Shown here: positions 12,715 to 27,822 of the stretch, in pieces
Layout: the number at the start of each line of letters is the position of its first letter
Numbering within the stretch: the stretch's first letter is position 1
Assembly (NCBI GenBank): GCA_951406725.2
Contig: OX597835.1
Coordinates: forward strand, 8,804,001 to 8,868,000
From: Octopus vulgaris
Lineage: Eukaryota
Direction of reading: 5' to 3'
DNA length: 64,000 nt
Position numbers and translations under genes: made by a program
The notes under the pieces: model-generated
The model's database searches: none
What the model saw: only the letters and a program-made list of their open reading frames with translations
What the model was told of the DNA's origin: nothing

Positions 12715-13060
12715 AAGCTTTCTTGCAAATAGCAGGCAGCCCAGCAAGCTGAAGGAGGGAATTATTTGACCAATCCACAATGGGAGAAGCGGAAGAGATT
12801 CCAAAAACCATAGGCCTATTTCTGTGACTTCACACATTAGCAAAGTCAGGTAAGGGATATTCAGAGGAAACCTAATCGCATTCCTTGAAGAAAGTAACTT
12901 GCTGAGTGATACCCATCGTGGCTTTCGACCACATACTCGCTGCCTCACTCATCTCTTACAGCATAATGACTGGGTGTTGAGGCAACAACTGTGGACGTAA
13001 TATTCCTTGATTGTGCAAAAGCATTTGACAAAGTGGATCGTGGTATGATACACCACAACT
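12715..13060 (+). mobile_element. CR1/L2-group LINE reverse transcriptase fragment
   Basis: NHRPISVTSHISKV, LLSDTHRGFRP, VDVIFLDCAKAFDKVD, with stops and frameshifts. Confidence 0.85.
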
Positions 13061-14362
13061 ATTTCTAACTATTTCTGTTAAATGCATTGTGCTTATATGA
13101 ATCCCTGGAAATTAATTAGATATATATTGATAGTCCAAGCCCTAAAGAATTTAGTTATGCAACAGCTACCTCTTGGTGTCTATATTTGCAAATATTTCCA
13201 CTTCTCACAGCTTCCGATAAAATATAGCGGTCAGCGTCAGTTGCCTCCCTTTGACTTAACATAGTTTCCAAAATATACTACTGAACGCAAAAAGCCTGTC
13301 GCTGAACATGAAGAGTGCTTAGGGCACCAGATTTCCTTATTGGATGCCAATACTACTCATCCGTGATAAAAGAAGATGATAGCTTAATGTTACAAACAGG
13401 CGACCATGATTTGTATAAATGCGACATTGAAAAAATTATATCCTCTTTCTGTTCTTTTCTCCTTTTTCTGTGTTGATTTGCTTGAAATATCTTTAAAATT
13501 TGTATTTATTGTAACATATATGTAACTTGTGATAATTTACACATTTAAATTGTGTTTATTATAAGCAACACGCCGAAAACATTTTCACTTTATTCATTTT
13601 AAGCATTAGATGTTACCATCTTACGCATATGCATGCTTTTGAACTGATGTATTCACATCCATTCATGTTCACAGACAAACGTGTACATGTGGGCGTGTGT
13701 TTGAGAAAGCGAGAGACACACATATAGACGAGCACACAGGGAGAGGCGAAATTACAGAAAGAGACGTCAGGGATAGTAACAATTTGAAAGAGAGAGTCAA
13801 AGCTACTGAAAAAGATTTCCATTCATAAATATTTGATTTGTAAATAAACTTTTGAGGACTGTGTTTGCATATGCGGACACACATACGTGTGTACCAACCT
13901 TTATCAATTTTATTTCAGTATAGGCAAGAAAGCAATGTAGATGTAGCATTTGACGATTTGTGCTCGGTGGGATAACTGTGGACGTACGTGCCTTCGTGTC
14001 CTTCAAACAACACAAAATAATAAAAAGAGGAAAAACTCCTTACAAATCAGCATTTTCGATGTTATACACACCCAACACCCACTTGTCGCATATTTAGGCG
14101 TGAAAGAAATTAAAATTATTCTTTGCAGAAAAAAGTTCAAAGAATAAAGAAAAAAACAAATAATATTTTAGAGTTAGTGTGTTAAGAGTCACAGGGCACA
14201 AACACGTATCGGAAAACTTAGCAGTGCGGTAATCACGCCGCATGTGGACAGTAGAACTGGCGGTGATAAAGTTAGTGTCCAACCGACCAAGAATAACCCG
14301 CTCCTAATAGTGACAAACAATCCGCTTGGTACCGGAAGAGGAAAAGCAGACTTCTGAAAGGA

Positions 14363-14811
<449 letters not shown>

Positions 14812-15599
14812 AATGTATATATATATATATGCTTGCAAGAAGAAAATATTCTGTGAAGGTGACACGGTTTTTGTTCTAGAAATAGAAAAAGCACTGCCTT
14901 TACTTGCCCACTTTATTCTATCCAAATAGAAGCTGACTCCAATAATTCATGATTTTGGGATGAGTAGACTGGGTTTTATATACTCGATGATGGCATAAAT
15001 ACATTTTTAATCGACACCGAATTGCGATGTTGAACTTCACAGTGAGAGAAACCAGGATATGCAATTAAATAATGCTAGACATTTTATTGAATATTTGAAA
15101 GAAATCTTCCAACACTGTCGAGGATGTCGATGGCGAGCAGGAGAATAAGAAATATAGCAACAAATATATATGAACAGGGGTGGATGGAAATGCGGATTTC
15201 ATAGTTATTATATTGGAGACACGTACTACCGTCCATTTTATTCGGAAAGTAAAATTGCATTTGACGTAAGGTTGAGGTAATTTCATTCTAATAAACATCT
15301 TACAGACTCTGTCACTCTTAGCTTTCATCACAGACTAAGTCCATAAAACTAAATCTTGTTATTATGCAACCTATATATCGATGGAAATAAACGATCACCT
15401 ATATTCGCAAACATGAATTCATATGAGGATATTCACGCACACACATTATATATGTGTGTGTCTGTGTGTGTGGGAGTGCGCATGTGTGTGTGTGTTTTGG
15501 TGTGCGTTTACGTCTGTGTTTACAGTAAAATTTTCAAATATATATATAATGCATGTATGAATGTGGTTACATACATACAAACGTAAAAACGTATGTGTC

Positions 15600-15621
15600 T
15601 ATATAAATATAAATATATATT

Positions 15622-15690
<69 letters not shown>

Positions 15691-15696
15691 TTATAT

Positions 15697-15779
<83 letters not shown>

Positions 15780-15790
15780 TGTATATATAC
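15600..15790. repeat. (TA)n microsatellite
   Basis: direct reading. Confidence 0.95.
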
Positions 15791-16013
15791 GTATTTATAT
15801 CTCAATATATTTCTCCCTTTATATATCTATCTATCTCATTATATGAATATACAACTACATCATACCGCCATTAATATTACAGTGACTGTCACCGCCATTA
15901 CTAAAATTCTACTTTTCTCTACAATTTTCCGAGATTTTTCTCTCGCGTTCAACCATTAGTTTGGTCACCCTTTTACCTATATTATGCATCCTTATAAGTG
16001 AATATCAATCCAC

Positions 16014-16053
<40 letters not shown>

Positions 16054-16234
16054 GCATCTGGTTTACATATATATGCATACAGACATACATACACTAACAC
16101 TGATACCCACATACAAGCACATACATACATATGTATGTAGCTAACTATATATGTATGTACACACACACACACAAAAACACACACATACACACACATATAC
16201 ATACATACAACACACAGACACCCACACACACTCA

Positions 16235-16296
<62 letters not shown>

Positions 16297-16349
16297 TAGC
16301 TACTACACATTCTCTATTTTCTCACCTTATTTCTTTCTGTGTTATACTA

Positions 16350-16416
16350 TATTAGTATAACACTCGGGAAGTGAAAAAGTCTTTAACGTTTCGACCCTAC
16401 GCCCTTCCACAGAAAT
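16350..16416 (-). mobile_element. fragment of short HHR-like repeat (CTGTGGA core variant)
   Basis: minus strand TTT-CTGTGGA-A-GGGC-GTAG-GGTC-GAAACG-TT-AAAG; homologous to 61790-61980. Confidence 0.5.
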
Positions 16417-16794
16417 CTGTTTGTTAAGTGCACCACCTATCTCCGTCTTTTTTTTTCTGTGAATTCTCTCTGTCCCTCTCTCTCTATATATATACGTACA
16501 TTGTGTAACATTGAATAGTTTATATTTTCGAACAAGACCTAATGCCGCCATCTCTAGCCTAGCGATTATTTTGCTGATGAAAAGAAATAATTGAGAAACC
16601 ATTGGTACACAGTTACTGCAACGATAGCCAGCTGGAGAATATATTTGCCTGGGGCAACATAGCAGCAACATTCGTTCTAACCACGATTGCCACGTTACCT
16701 TGGTAAAGTGAGTTTAGTCTCACTCACTCACCCCCTCACTCCCTCACTGTTTCTCCCTCTCTCTACATATATATATATATATATATATATGTGA

Positions 16795-17212
16795 GTGTTA
16801 GACGGAGAGCTGATTCAGGAAGTGGATGAGTCTGTGTCCTTGGGATCCACAATCAGCGCCAGTGGATCAAGTACACCAGTGACACGGAGAAGGCTCGCGA
16901 TAGCGAGGCAAGCGGTACAAGATATGGAGAATATCTGGAAGAGTCGTGGCGTGTCAAAGCTGCTGAAGATAAGGCTACTTCGGGTTGCCGCTTTCTCTAT
17001 TGTGACGTACGGCTGCGAGTCGTGGACAATGTTGAAGGCAGACGAGAAAAGATTGAGCGCTTTTGAAATGTGGTGTCACCGCAGAATCCTTAGAGTGTCG
17101 TGGACAGAGAGAAGGACGAACAACTGGGGACTAGAAAAGCACGGTTTCGAGATGACGCTTCGGCGAAACATCATGAAGCGGAAGCTACGGCTCTTTGGCC
17201 GTGTCATGCGTA
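16795..17212 (+). mobile_element. RTE-clade LINE ORF2 C-terminal fragment, open frame
   Basis: LGSTIS..RRRLAIA..YGCESWT..RLSAFEMWCHRRILRVSWTERRTN..KRKLRLFGRVMR is the typical RTE post-RT region. Confidence 0.9.
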
Positions 17213-17662
17213 CGTGTGTAGCAGTTGATGTGTACTTTTTCAGGCGTGTATATGTGTGTGTATGTTACCAAATAGTGTGCATGTGTATAGTTTACGCTTC
17301 GGAGCGAAAGTCATCTTTGCGTGTTGTGCGTGTCTATGCCTGTTGCATGTTTGTATATATATATATATATAGTCTGTGTTCAGGTATTATGTGTTAGTGT
17401 GGGTGTGGGAGTGTGAATGACGGTGTGTGGTATATGTACTGCGTTGAAGAGTGTGTGTGGCTGCGCGAATAGTGGTATGTGTGGTGATGTTATTGAAGAT
17501 TGTGTGTGCGTGGGTGCTGAGAATTGGTCGTTGTTAGTATGTGTGGAGATGGTAGGTGTTCTAGCTGTGTGTGTAATTGTGTATGAAGGGAGTGATGAGT
17601 TGAACAGAGGGTGTGGGTGTGCGTATAGTGGTGCGTGCATGGTGAGGGTACCGAGGTAGGCA

Positions 17663-17790
17663 CATCCTTTCGGGGTTCGATAAATTAAGTACCAGTTAAG
17701 CACTGGGGTCGATCTAATCGACTTAATTCCTTTGTCTGTCTTTGGTTGTCCCCTCTATATTTAGCCCCTTGTGGACAATAAAGAAATAAG
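17663..17790 (+). mobile_element. SINE family B, 3' half
   Basis: CATCCTTTCGGGG..TAAATTAAGTACCAG..TTAGCCCCTTGTGG..AATAAAGAAATA. Confidence 0.85.
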
Positions 17791-20783
17791 TATGTAAGTG
17801 TGTTGGTGGAGGGGACATTGAATGTGGGAGGTGTGTGGGAATCCGGGTGGGGCCCTTGTGCACCGAAAGTCTGAACACAGACAGAGGTAGCGAATGACTG
17901 GCAGGGTGGAAGTTGCGAGAGACTGGGGTGGCATTGTCATATACATATATACATACACACACATGAACACACACACACACATACATACTTGCATACATAG
18001 ATGTATACATACATTCATGCATACGTACATACATACATTCATATGTGCATACGTACGCCCATGATATATAGCCTAGAACTAGAGTGTCCTTCTCATATGT
18101 TTAGTACTGTTATGTAACCGAGGTCAATTTTGATATCCACTACTTTCTCACTTTCCAGCAATGCAAACCCCAATTACGTGATTTTCTATCCTATAAACCA
18201 GCTTTTATTAACATTAACATAGTCTTGTTTTTTTTTCTTTATTGTTTCTTCAGATATCAGTAGATCAATAGAGAAGACATTTGCTGTTTATTTAATATTG
18301 TCTTTATGTACTGCATTCTCCTGGGGAGGACCGATGAAATAACAATGACGAATGAAAGAATAATAAATGAAATTAAAAAATAACAAAACGAAGTTGAAGA
18401 AAATGATTTCTGCGAGGAAGAATTTACTGCAAACAAGCAGAGACAACTTCAAATATAGAGTGATACGTCCATTCACGTTTGGAGACACATGCCTAGATTC
18501 TGTCCAACATACAAACAAATATAGAGATACACAGACAGGACTACACACGCATATACACACACATATACACACGCTCACATCTGTTATTGTACTGGAACGT
18601 CAAAATAAGAACTGAAATAAACTGAACTCTTATAAGGCCTCACTGCGTGTTAACTAAGAATGTGAACAGATTATAGCTTTGCAAATCGTGGGCACACGAT
18701 GGAAAGATGGAATTTGCGGGTGAAGCGTTTCATGGCTTCGTGACCGTTTCTCAAAGATAAACAACAAATATCCAGCTACCAATATCCAGTCTCTAATTCT
18801 ATACTACAAGTCAAACGCTTGGTAAGTACCCATAAAATAAAGTACCGTCATATTTGAGGCTCGAATGAAGCTACAAGGTATTAAACAGGCGCTCAACTAT
18901 GAGTCCATTGGATTTTATAGGAGAAAAAATTGTAAGCTAATGGAGGTCATAGCATAAGCTCTTATCCCTTTGTCATCTAATTTTCTCATAACCACTTTGT
19001 ACTCGACTAACGCTTCGTTCTGAAACATACGTATATTGAATTCTACAACCGGTTATTGTTATCGCAATGCCTATAGGAGACGGTGCTGAAGCGCTCCTGG
19101 GTTTGTGTAAAATAAAATACAGGAGGATCAGTTAATTATGGTATTACTCAACATATCCTCTTCTCAGATTGAGACACTAATTGCAGCTGTTGTTTAACTT
19201 TTCTAAGTCCTCTAAAAGAACTGGGAATTTTGGGCCATACCCTTACAGCCAGGAAATTATATATATAGTATTTATATAATATGTATAGTATTAATTATAT
19301 GTTATACATACATACGTGTGTGTGTGTGTGTTTGTGTTTGTAGTTGTGTGTGTGTGTATCTGTGTGTTTGTAATTGTGTGTGTGTGTTCGATCAAGGCAA
19401 ATACAAAGAGAAGGGAGATAGAGAATAACGATATGGAAAAGTCAGAGACACTCTTTGTGCCATACGACGTAATAATTTGGAATTTAAAGTCACATCTTCC
19501 AAGAAAGAACCAATATTACAAACGACATTGACGCGGGAAATTACGCCACACGCACCTTGCAAAGACATATGAAATACCACGTCTCTGACCCTGGTTTGTT
19601 GATGAATTTGTGGACCCAAATTCAACGCTACACTGTCATGCGTAATTCTTCTCCAGACACTTGAAGTAAAAGGACAATTTTCACAGAATTATCAGTGATT
19701 ACCATCGTTCCTATTAACGTATAAACGTTGCTACGTATCGCATTAATATATCATTAATATATCCATCAACTAATATCGATTTTTATGTAGAAATGTGTGT
19801 GGCGATAATTCGAGAGATTGATAAATTGTTTCAGGTGCTCTCATGAAATTTAGATTTTCTACTAGATCCTAAAATATACACAGTCTCAAAATTATTTCGC
19901 TCTACAAAACCAGGACGAGGTAAAAATGATAATCCATGTGTTTAGTGTTCAGCACCAAATATTTGACATTTACCTATATTATTAGATATGTCGTGCAATG
20001 TTCACATGATCGAATTAGTGACTTCATCAATACTGCAAACATACCTGTAGCAATATGCTCCAAATGTCGACAAACAAGGCATTAAATCAGCAGCTGAAGA
20101 TGATCCGAAGAAATTCAAAATGAAAAACACAGAACACATCCAGAAAAGAAATAATTCAATCTCAGCAAGAAATTTATGGTCATTAATAACCAGAAGGTCT
20201 GAATGAAAGACTAGCGGTTCTAGTGTTGAACAATTGGCAGAAATTACAAATTGCCTGAAACAAATGCTCTAATTATACGACAGGTGAGGCAAAATTTCAA
20301 CTGGAATTGTTGAAATTATATCATTCCTGCATTTTCACATGCGCCAGCTTAACGGCAGATTACATAGGTGAAGATTTTGAGAGCTCCTATATTCATGAAT
20401 GACTCGACACACAGCAGACCAACATCAGTTAACCAACACTAAGGCAATACTGTTGTTACCAACACATAGAAATGGTTATATTTTGATAAAAGCAAAAAGA
20501 AAATAGATAAATAATCTAATGCATGAATATAGAAATAAAAAAATAAACTAAAGCATCAGCAAGACCAAAGTATAAACGTTTGCCTTTTTATAGAGAAAAT
20601 AAGTAGCAGAATTAACAAATATCGAAGTCATAGAAAAGTGTATACATAAAATCGCATAAATAAAATCAGATCATGACAAAAACATGTAGTAGTTTATCGC
20701 CTTTGATGCGACAATGTAAGAGATAGTATTAGTTTCAACGAACGGGTATACCTCGTAATTCAGTATATAAATATGTGTGCGTG

Positions 20784-20808
<25 letters not shown>

Positions 20809-20814
<6 letters not shown>

Positions 20815-21003
20815 TATATAGAAGGAGCTTCTACAGGACTAGTACTGTTTCATTCAAGAGAAATCTTCAGGACGCCTGAAGATTTCTCTTGAATGAAACA
20901 GTACTAGTCCTGTAGAAGCTCCTTCTATATAATAAATTAATTTTACTCTGCTATGTATTGAGTACCTTACTTACTGTGGTTAACCCCGAATCAACCCGGG
21001 ACC

Positions 21004-21007
<4 letters not shown>
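20809..21007 (+). mobile_element. HHR-bearing short element with perfect 63-bp fold-back, inside (TA)n
   Basis: arms 20809-20871/20875-20937 are exact reverse complements around a 3-nt loop; right arm CTGAAGA-TTTC-TCTT-GAAT-GAA-ACAG-TACTAGTC-CTGT-A-GAAGCT; tail shared with 38111-38214. Confidence 0.8.
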
Positions 21008-21068
<61 letters not shown>

Positions 21069-21086
21069 TATAATATTATATTATAT

Positions 21087-21146
<60 letters not shown>

Positions 21147-21149
21147 TAA

Positions 21150-21297
21150 GTCACACTTCTTTCAGTTTCTCTCTACTAGATTCACTCACAAGGCTTTGGT
21201 CGGCCCGGACTGCAGTAGCAAGCTCTTGCCCAATGTGCAGTGTATCGGTGCTGACTCCTGAGCCCTGCCTACTGCTATGTAGCCACGCCCTGCGCCC
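21150..21297 (-). mobile_element. SINE family A, degenerate 5' half
   Basis: CTTCTTTCAGTTTC..CTCACAAGGCTTTGGTCGGCCC..CTTGCCCAA. Confidence 0.7.
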
Positions 21298-21526
21298 ATA
21301 TTAAAATAAGAATCATTTTTCAATATAACATTAAACAAACGCGTAGCAAGCTTTCGGTGCTGAAGGATTTGTAATAGGAAGGATAAAACCTCACTTATAA
21401 TTAGAGTTTGTAACAGATGTAGAGGCGGACTTTCATCAGTTAAGCACGCCTGTAATTGTCTATTGTGGTTGGACTTACTGATTCTATGAATATGTACACA
21501 CACAAACGCACACAAATGCACAAACA

Positions 21527-21576
<50 letters not shown>

Positions 21577-22211
21577 CACACACATAAATATATATATATA
21601 TATTTATATGTGGATGTGTGTGGATGTAAATATTTATATATGTAAATACGTCTACGTATATATATATATATATATACACATATAGAGGGGAACACATGGA
21701 TGTGTGTGTGTGTGTACAATATATATATATATATATATATATGTTCATTGATTTTGGCACTCTTTTCTTGCAAATTGAAATGGAATAGCAGAGTTAGGGT
21801 ATTTTAAACATTGAAATCCAATTAATTATATCCATCTTCTTTGTTGCTTGACAGCGGTAACACTAACCATTCAGACAGCCTTCAGCATCTTTAATCCTTT
21901 ATTGAAGTAATTACATCTATTCTTTGAAAACCCATCCTTTTTCCATACAGTATTTCCACCTACAGACCATATATTAATCACATTTTCGCCTGCAATAATA
22001 AAAACGAGCACAAACTTAATAATAAAGGTGGTCGGATATAGAAATAAACAAGGAACAAAACAGAAACAAAATTATATTTTCGGAAAAATTCTTAAATATC
22101 GAATAAATCGTCGTACTTGAATCTACAATCATCTTCAAACAACCTTCGTTCGGTTTTGGTACATACGTACACACACACATACACACACACACATATGTAT
22201 GTATATGTGTT

Positions 22212-22253
<42 letters not shown>

Positions 22254-22291
22254 CTATTTATGTACTCGTACGTACATATGCATATATATGT

Positions 22292-22322
<31 letters not shown>

Positions 22323-24575
22323 GATTGATATATAGATAGACAGATAGATATATCGATATAGATATAGATATGTATATATGTATATATATCTACATATATA
22401 TATATAATTATCATTATTATTATTTCTTCTGTTTTTGCTTTAGTGATGTCAATAACGTAGGTTTAAACATTCTTATATTAAACTCTCCAAACAAATTGAA
22501 GTTTTTTCACAGACTTTTATAATATTTGATATTTTTATTAGGAATGTGTTATACATGTGTAGTGGTTGCCTAGCACCTACTCGATTTTCATGTGATGGTG
22601 GTTGAAATTTCGTCTATGATCATCCAGCACTTTTTTTGTATTCAGATAATATTGCATTGCATTTCGAACTAAATTTTTTAAAACGTTCGCTTCTTTCTCG
22701 CTAAGTACGCCAGATATTATTGCCGCACCTATCCCTGTATTTATATGACTTCTGCGGGATTCTCTGATAGATGGTCACTTTACATTATAAGATTTTTTCT
22801 ATAACTATAATTATAAGCTAACGGACCAATGCATAAAGCCAAGGTAGTCTGACAATGAAACTCTGAACGAGTCATGTAATTAATCAACCTATGTAATTAA
22901 AATTTCTTACCTATGCAAAACTATTTTGAAATATTATGGAATGTTGTAAATGATTTTATGGGATCTTTTAAAACTACTTCTTCTCAAAGGAGATATACCC
23001 CCACTGAACTCATCACATATGTGAAAAACATGCTGCAAGCTGTGTCCTGTAATCGCCAAATTGTATGTCATAGTAGGTACTTAATTAATGTTGTCTGTTT
23101 AATAATTATAATTAGTAGCTGAGTAAATCATGCTTGTTAAGAATACTGTAACTATTATGAATGTGGACATGTGATTTGATTAACATAATTAAAATACTGA
23201 GCCAAGAAAATGTATAATGTATCGAATAATCCAAATGCTGAGAGGAAATACGGTTAAAATTTCCTGGGATACTTGTAAAGAAATGTAAGTGGACATACCC
23301 CAAATATGCCGAGTGCGGGGAGTTTGGCATGAATTGGTTCGTAAAGTTGCTTTAGAAATTATAAATCAAAATATCGCATTTTCCTTTATGTTTATGACAA
23401 ACTTGTAATGAAATATTTCGTATCAGTATGGGAGATATCATATTTATTGCATATTTATAAAGTCGTGAATTAATGCCCCCGATATTGGCACTTTCTATGT
23501 ATAAATTCTCTCAGGAAATGGATTTTCCCTTATTAAATTGTGAAATTTACTGATTATATTGTTGGTAATGAATAAGAGTGAGCGTAGCCGTGCGGCATTG
23601 TGGCCACAGTTTAATGACCGAAACAGATAAATGGTAAAAGATACGGTAAAAGCCAGTGAGTCAGTCGATGAGATGGTGCGCCCTCACTGTGATGTTCGTG
23701 AAATGGAAAAACTGTTTTATAGCAATGCGATGATGACTGACGTATGAGATGGATGTCGTGCAGCAAAAATTAATAAATGTTTCTGCAATTCTCTGGTTTT
23801 AGAATAAATTGAAGTCGAACAATTGAACAAAAACATTCTGAACGGTCGAAAATGGAGAACAGATTTTTTTGAAAAGTTTTCATTGGATTGCGTAGGAAAA
23901 ACAGAGATAGAAAGAAAGCGAATTGCTGTTAAATGGTTCAGATAAGTTTGTATTTTAACGCAGAAAATGCATAAAAATATAGTTTTTATATATTTTAAAG
24001 AAATCAATAATTCTGTTCGCACTTGCAATTCTCTGCCAAACTGAAGATAATATCAGTGGTATTCATAACATCATTATAGTTAGATGCCTTTTGGATAGTG
24101 AATTTGCAGAATCAGCGTTGCGCCCGAAGAAATCGCTTCGCAGTATTCGTTCCTGCTATTAATACAAATACATTTCAAGCACTGCCGGAGGCAATTATGT
24201 TACCCATTCTTTCGGGTAGATAAGAAAAGAAAAGCTTTTGAGCCCGAGCAATTCATTAATCCTACTGTTCTGAAAATTGCTGGTTTTGTCCAAAAATGAT
24301 AAATAATCAGATATAAAATTTTTATATCCTTCTATGTTGGATACATAATGTAAGGAAGCAGGGGGGAAAGAAAGTATTTACACGACAATCTACTATTGCT
24401 ATTACTCGGCTCCTCAACGCTCTCTATCAACGGCTCACAGTGAACTGCTTACCAACCCGAACTGCCATTCGCTCACAATTCATTACTTTATATGAATTAC
24501 ACAGTATAGCTTCAGTCACTTGGTGGTGGGAAGGTCAGACCCCGGCCATAACAAAAACACTGAAGCAGTATAACA

Positions 24576-24786
24576 TACTCTTTACTCTTTTACTTGTTTC
24601 AGTCATTTGACTGCGGCCATGCTGGAGCACCGCCTTTAATCGAGCAACTCGACCCCGGGACTTATTCTTTTGTAAGCCCAGTACTTATTCTATCGGTCTT
24701 TTTTGCCGAACCGCTAAGTGACGGGGATATAAACACACCAGCATCGGTTGTCAAGCAATGCTAGGAGGACAAACACAGACACACAA

Positions 24787-24831
<45 letters not shown>

Positions 24832-25007
24832 CATACATATATACTATGGGCTTCTTTCAGTTTCCTTCAACCAAATCCACTCACAAGGCTTTGGTCGGCC
24901 CGAAGCTATAGTAGAAGACACTTGCCCAAGGTGACACGCAGTGGGCCTGAACCCGGAACCATGTGGTTGGTTAGCAAGCTACTTACCACACTGCCACCCC
25001 TGCGCCT
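24576..25007 (-). mobile_element. SINE family A, full length
   Basis: reverse-complement match to family A. Confidence 0.9.
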
Positions 25008-25029
25008 ATGTTCTTTAATACTAGGTATA

Positions 25030-25122
25030 TGTCCTCTGCTACCTTAAATCTTCTCCCTTTGAGTCTTTTTCTTTTAGCTTTGGGAATAGCCAAATGTCAC
25101 ACGGAGCCAAGTCTGGTGGGTA
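25030..25122 (-). mobile_element. mariner transposase fragment
   Basis: minus strand YPPDLAPCDIWLFPKLKE..KGRRF matches the mariner YSPDLAP.D motif. Confidence 0.75.
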
Positions 25123-26201
25123 GGAAAAATTCAAGATCGGATACTTTTGTGCAAAAAATTCAAGATCGGATACTTTTGACCACACCTCGTCCATGAAGGG
25201 AAGAATAAATTCTTTCAGTCACAGGTATGTAACTGAAGTATTATAAACAAATATTTGAAGTTCAAAGTTATCAATTTTTTGTCGATATACCCTATGAAAA
25301 ATCACAAGGTGAAATGCTTTTAAAGGTCAAAATAAAAGCTATAAAAACATTAAACGGTATCCTCCAGATCGTCTTTATATATCTTTTTCCCGGTTAGAAA
25401 ATTCGTTACAACAAAAAGTGGGAACGAAAAAGAATATTATTGCAAAACATAATACGTTTATAGAAATCCATTGAAGGCATATGAAATCTTAATTCAACTA
25501 GATCACCAGATGGATGTCAATTCCGTTTCCTTCGAAGCAAATATTACCTACAGGCAACAGGTTCGTAAACAGTGTTTTCCTTTAAATTAAATTTGAAATT
25601 TTAGATTTGAATAAACAAATCTTTTATAACTCCAATATATGACTTCTTATATTGAACTCACAGGTAATATCTTCATCTCTACTTGCGCCATTACCTTCCT
25701 TGAATGTAAAAACCTCATATGAAAATTCAAATTCTTTAATTGAATAAATACTTTAAAATAATTCTAAAGACGATGCAAATATTTAGTTGTAGAAGAGATT
25801 GATTGCAACTGCAAGTTTGGAATCCAATGGAGAACAATCGAACATTTATCACATTATGTCCCTCTTCCACTTCTTTGCTGTATAATGCGAGTCTCTAGAG
25901 TTTGAAATCTCAACTGAATTTCGTCGATGAAGATAATCGAAAACATTTAATTTGCAATTCCGTTTATCTGTGAGAGATTTATTTAACGTACACAGTGATA
26001 TCTCAGAACCTTTTCAAAGTTTATTCGGTTTAATTACAAAATACGGATACCAGAACTTTATTTATGTTATGGTCAGTTGTAAAAGACACCTTAGAAACAC
26101 TGTCAGGTTAATCTATAAAAGGGAAAAGTTCATTTGTCACGCGAAACCTTTTTCATTCTGTATTAGTAAAACCGTGTCTGAAACTTAATGGTATGTTATA
26201 T

Positions 26202-26285
26202 ATTTCTTTATTACCCACAAGGGGCTAAACATAGAGAGGATAAACAAGGACAGACAAACGAATTAAGTCGATTACATCGACCCCT
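26202..26285 (-). mobile_element. SINE family B, 3' fragment
   Basis: TTTCTTTATTACCCACAAGGGGCTAAAC..TTAAGTCGATTACATCGACCCC. Confidence 0.8.
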
Positions 26286-27342
26286 GCTTGAAAATGCTTA
26301 ATTTGAGGTGTGTTTGCAAAATACAGTTTTGTTTTTCTGGGCTGAAAGTTCATTTAGCTTATAGAAGAAATACACATATCATCTGTCATTTATTTCAAAT
26401 GGATGGAATGTATCTGATTCCACCAAACAGGATTTTGAAAGAAAACATTATATTGTCACGGAAAATTTAAATTCACCCTTTTTTGAATGAACGAAGGATA
26501 TTTTGCCTCGATGACATCAGCTAAGATTAATTTATTCCATGTTGCTTGAGATACAGAGACAGTTAGGCCACAAATGTTTCGAAAATGAAATGGAATTTAA
26601 ATGGAAGCCATTCGTATTTCGTTATTTCAATCTACTGTTCAGAATAATATTCGTATTCCGTCGTGGATTGCGTGACCACAAGAATTACAATATATACTTG
26701 TATCAGAGGAAAGCGCAGATAATAATGGAAAACGTTTTAATCATCATAGATTTCCACATGGAATCTTTATAATTATATGGTCCTAGCTCCAAGCCATTCC
26801 AGGACTTAAACAACAGGATAAATGCCAGCTCAAAAGGAATGTCAAAACAGCTACCGCTAGAATTACACTAACAACGTTAGAAATAATTGTTTTATTGTTT
26901 TTCGGATTAGTTATACACACACAACTATGCATATTTATAGAGAGATAGACAGACATACAGATACATACATAGGCACAGGTGTGTGTGTGTGTATGTGCGT
27001 GTGTGCACAGATTTGTGTATATGTCTGTGTGTTTGTATGTATGCACGTTTACGATATATGGACGTATACATGTGTAGAAAGAGAGAGAGATTGTTTAATA
27101 TTGAATCGATAATAATACGAATATAAACACCTTTGCATTAAATTGAAGGATTAAATACTAACTTTTGTTGAATACATGTTAATTATAATTTATGAGTTGA
27201 GTAGGTATAGTGACCTCGAAAGTTCGATATGCTAAATTTCGTAGCCCAGTTTGATGATGGCTAGCAGTCAAAACTTTCAAGTATCTATAACCATTCTTCT
27301 TTCAGATATATAATTTACATACGCGATCCCGTACACACACAT

Positions 27343-27376
<34 letters not shown>

Positions 27377-27713
27377 ACTCATAAATAAATGATGCTCTTC
27401 TCTCCACTTCTGTTGTCATTTTCCATTTCTCTATCTTCCCTATAGATGGCGGACGAAGACCAATGTCAGATCGTCGTATATATTCTCTGACGTATGCTTA
27501 TATAAATAGAATTTAGCCCAAACAAATATTAGCCGCAGTCAGCCTCTTTTTAATCTGTATTTTTTTTAATGTATATCGGTCGTTACCGATGTATTCTTTT
27601 ATTCTTTCGAATGTTCCTGTCATTTTAATGCGGCTACGCTGAAGCATCACCTTTAGTCGAACTAATCCTAAAACCAAGAACCTTTCGGCACCCTTTTGTA
27701 TATATATATATTC

Positions 27714-27744
<31 letters not shown>

Positions 27745-27758
27745 TGTATGTATGTATG

Positions 27759-27822
<64 letters not shown>

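Noticed and set aside
14170-14358. Possible host exon (about 58 open codons, VKSHRAQTRIGK..GKADF*)
   Set aside because: No recognisable domain, weak polypyrimidine tract and no partner exons; needs RNA-seq.
25125-25178. 28-bp-period tandem duplication (AAAAATTCAAGATCGGATACTTTTG twice)
   Set aside because: Ordinary local duplication at the edge of a mariner fragment; no evidence of function.
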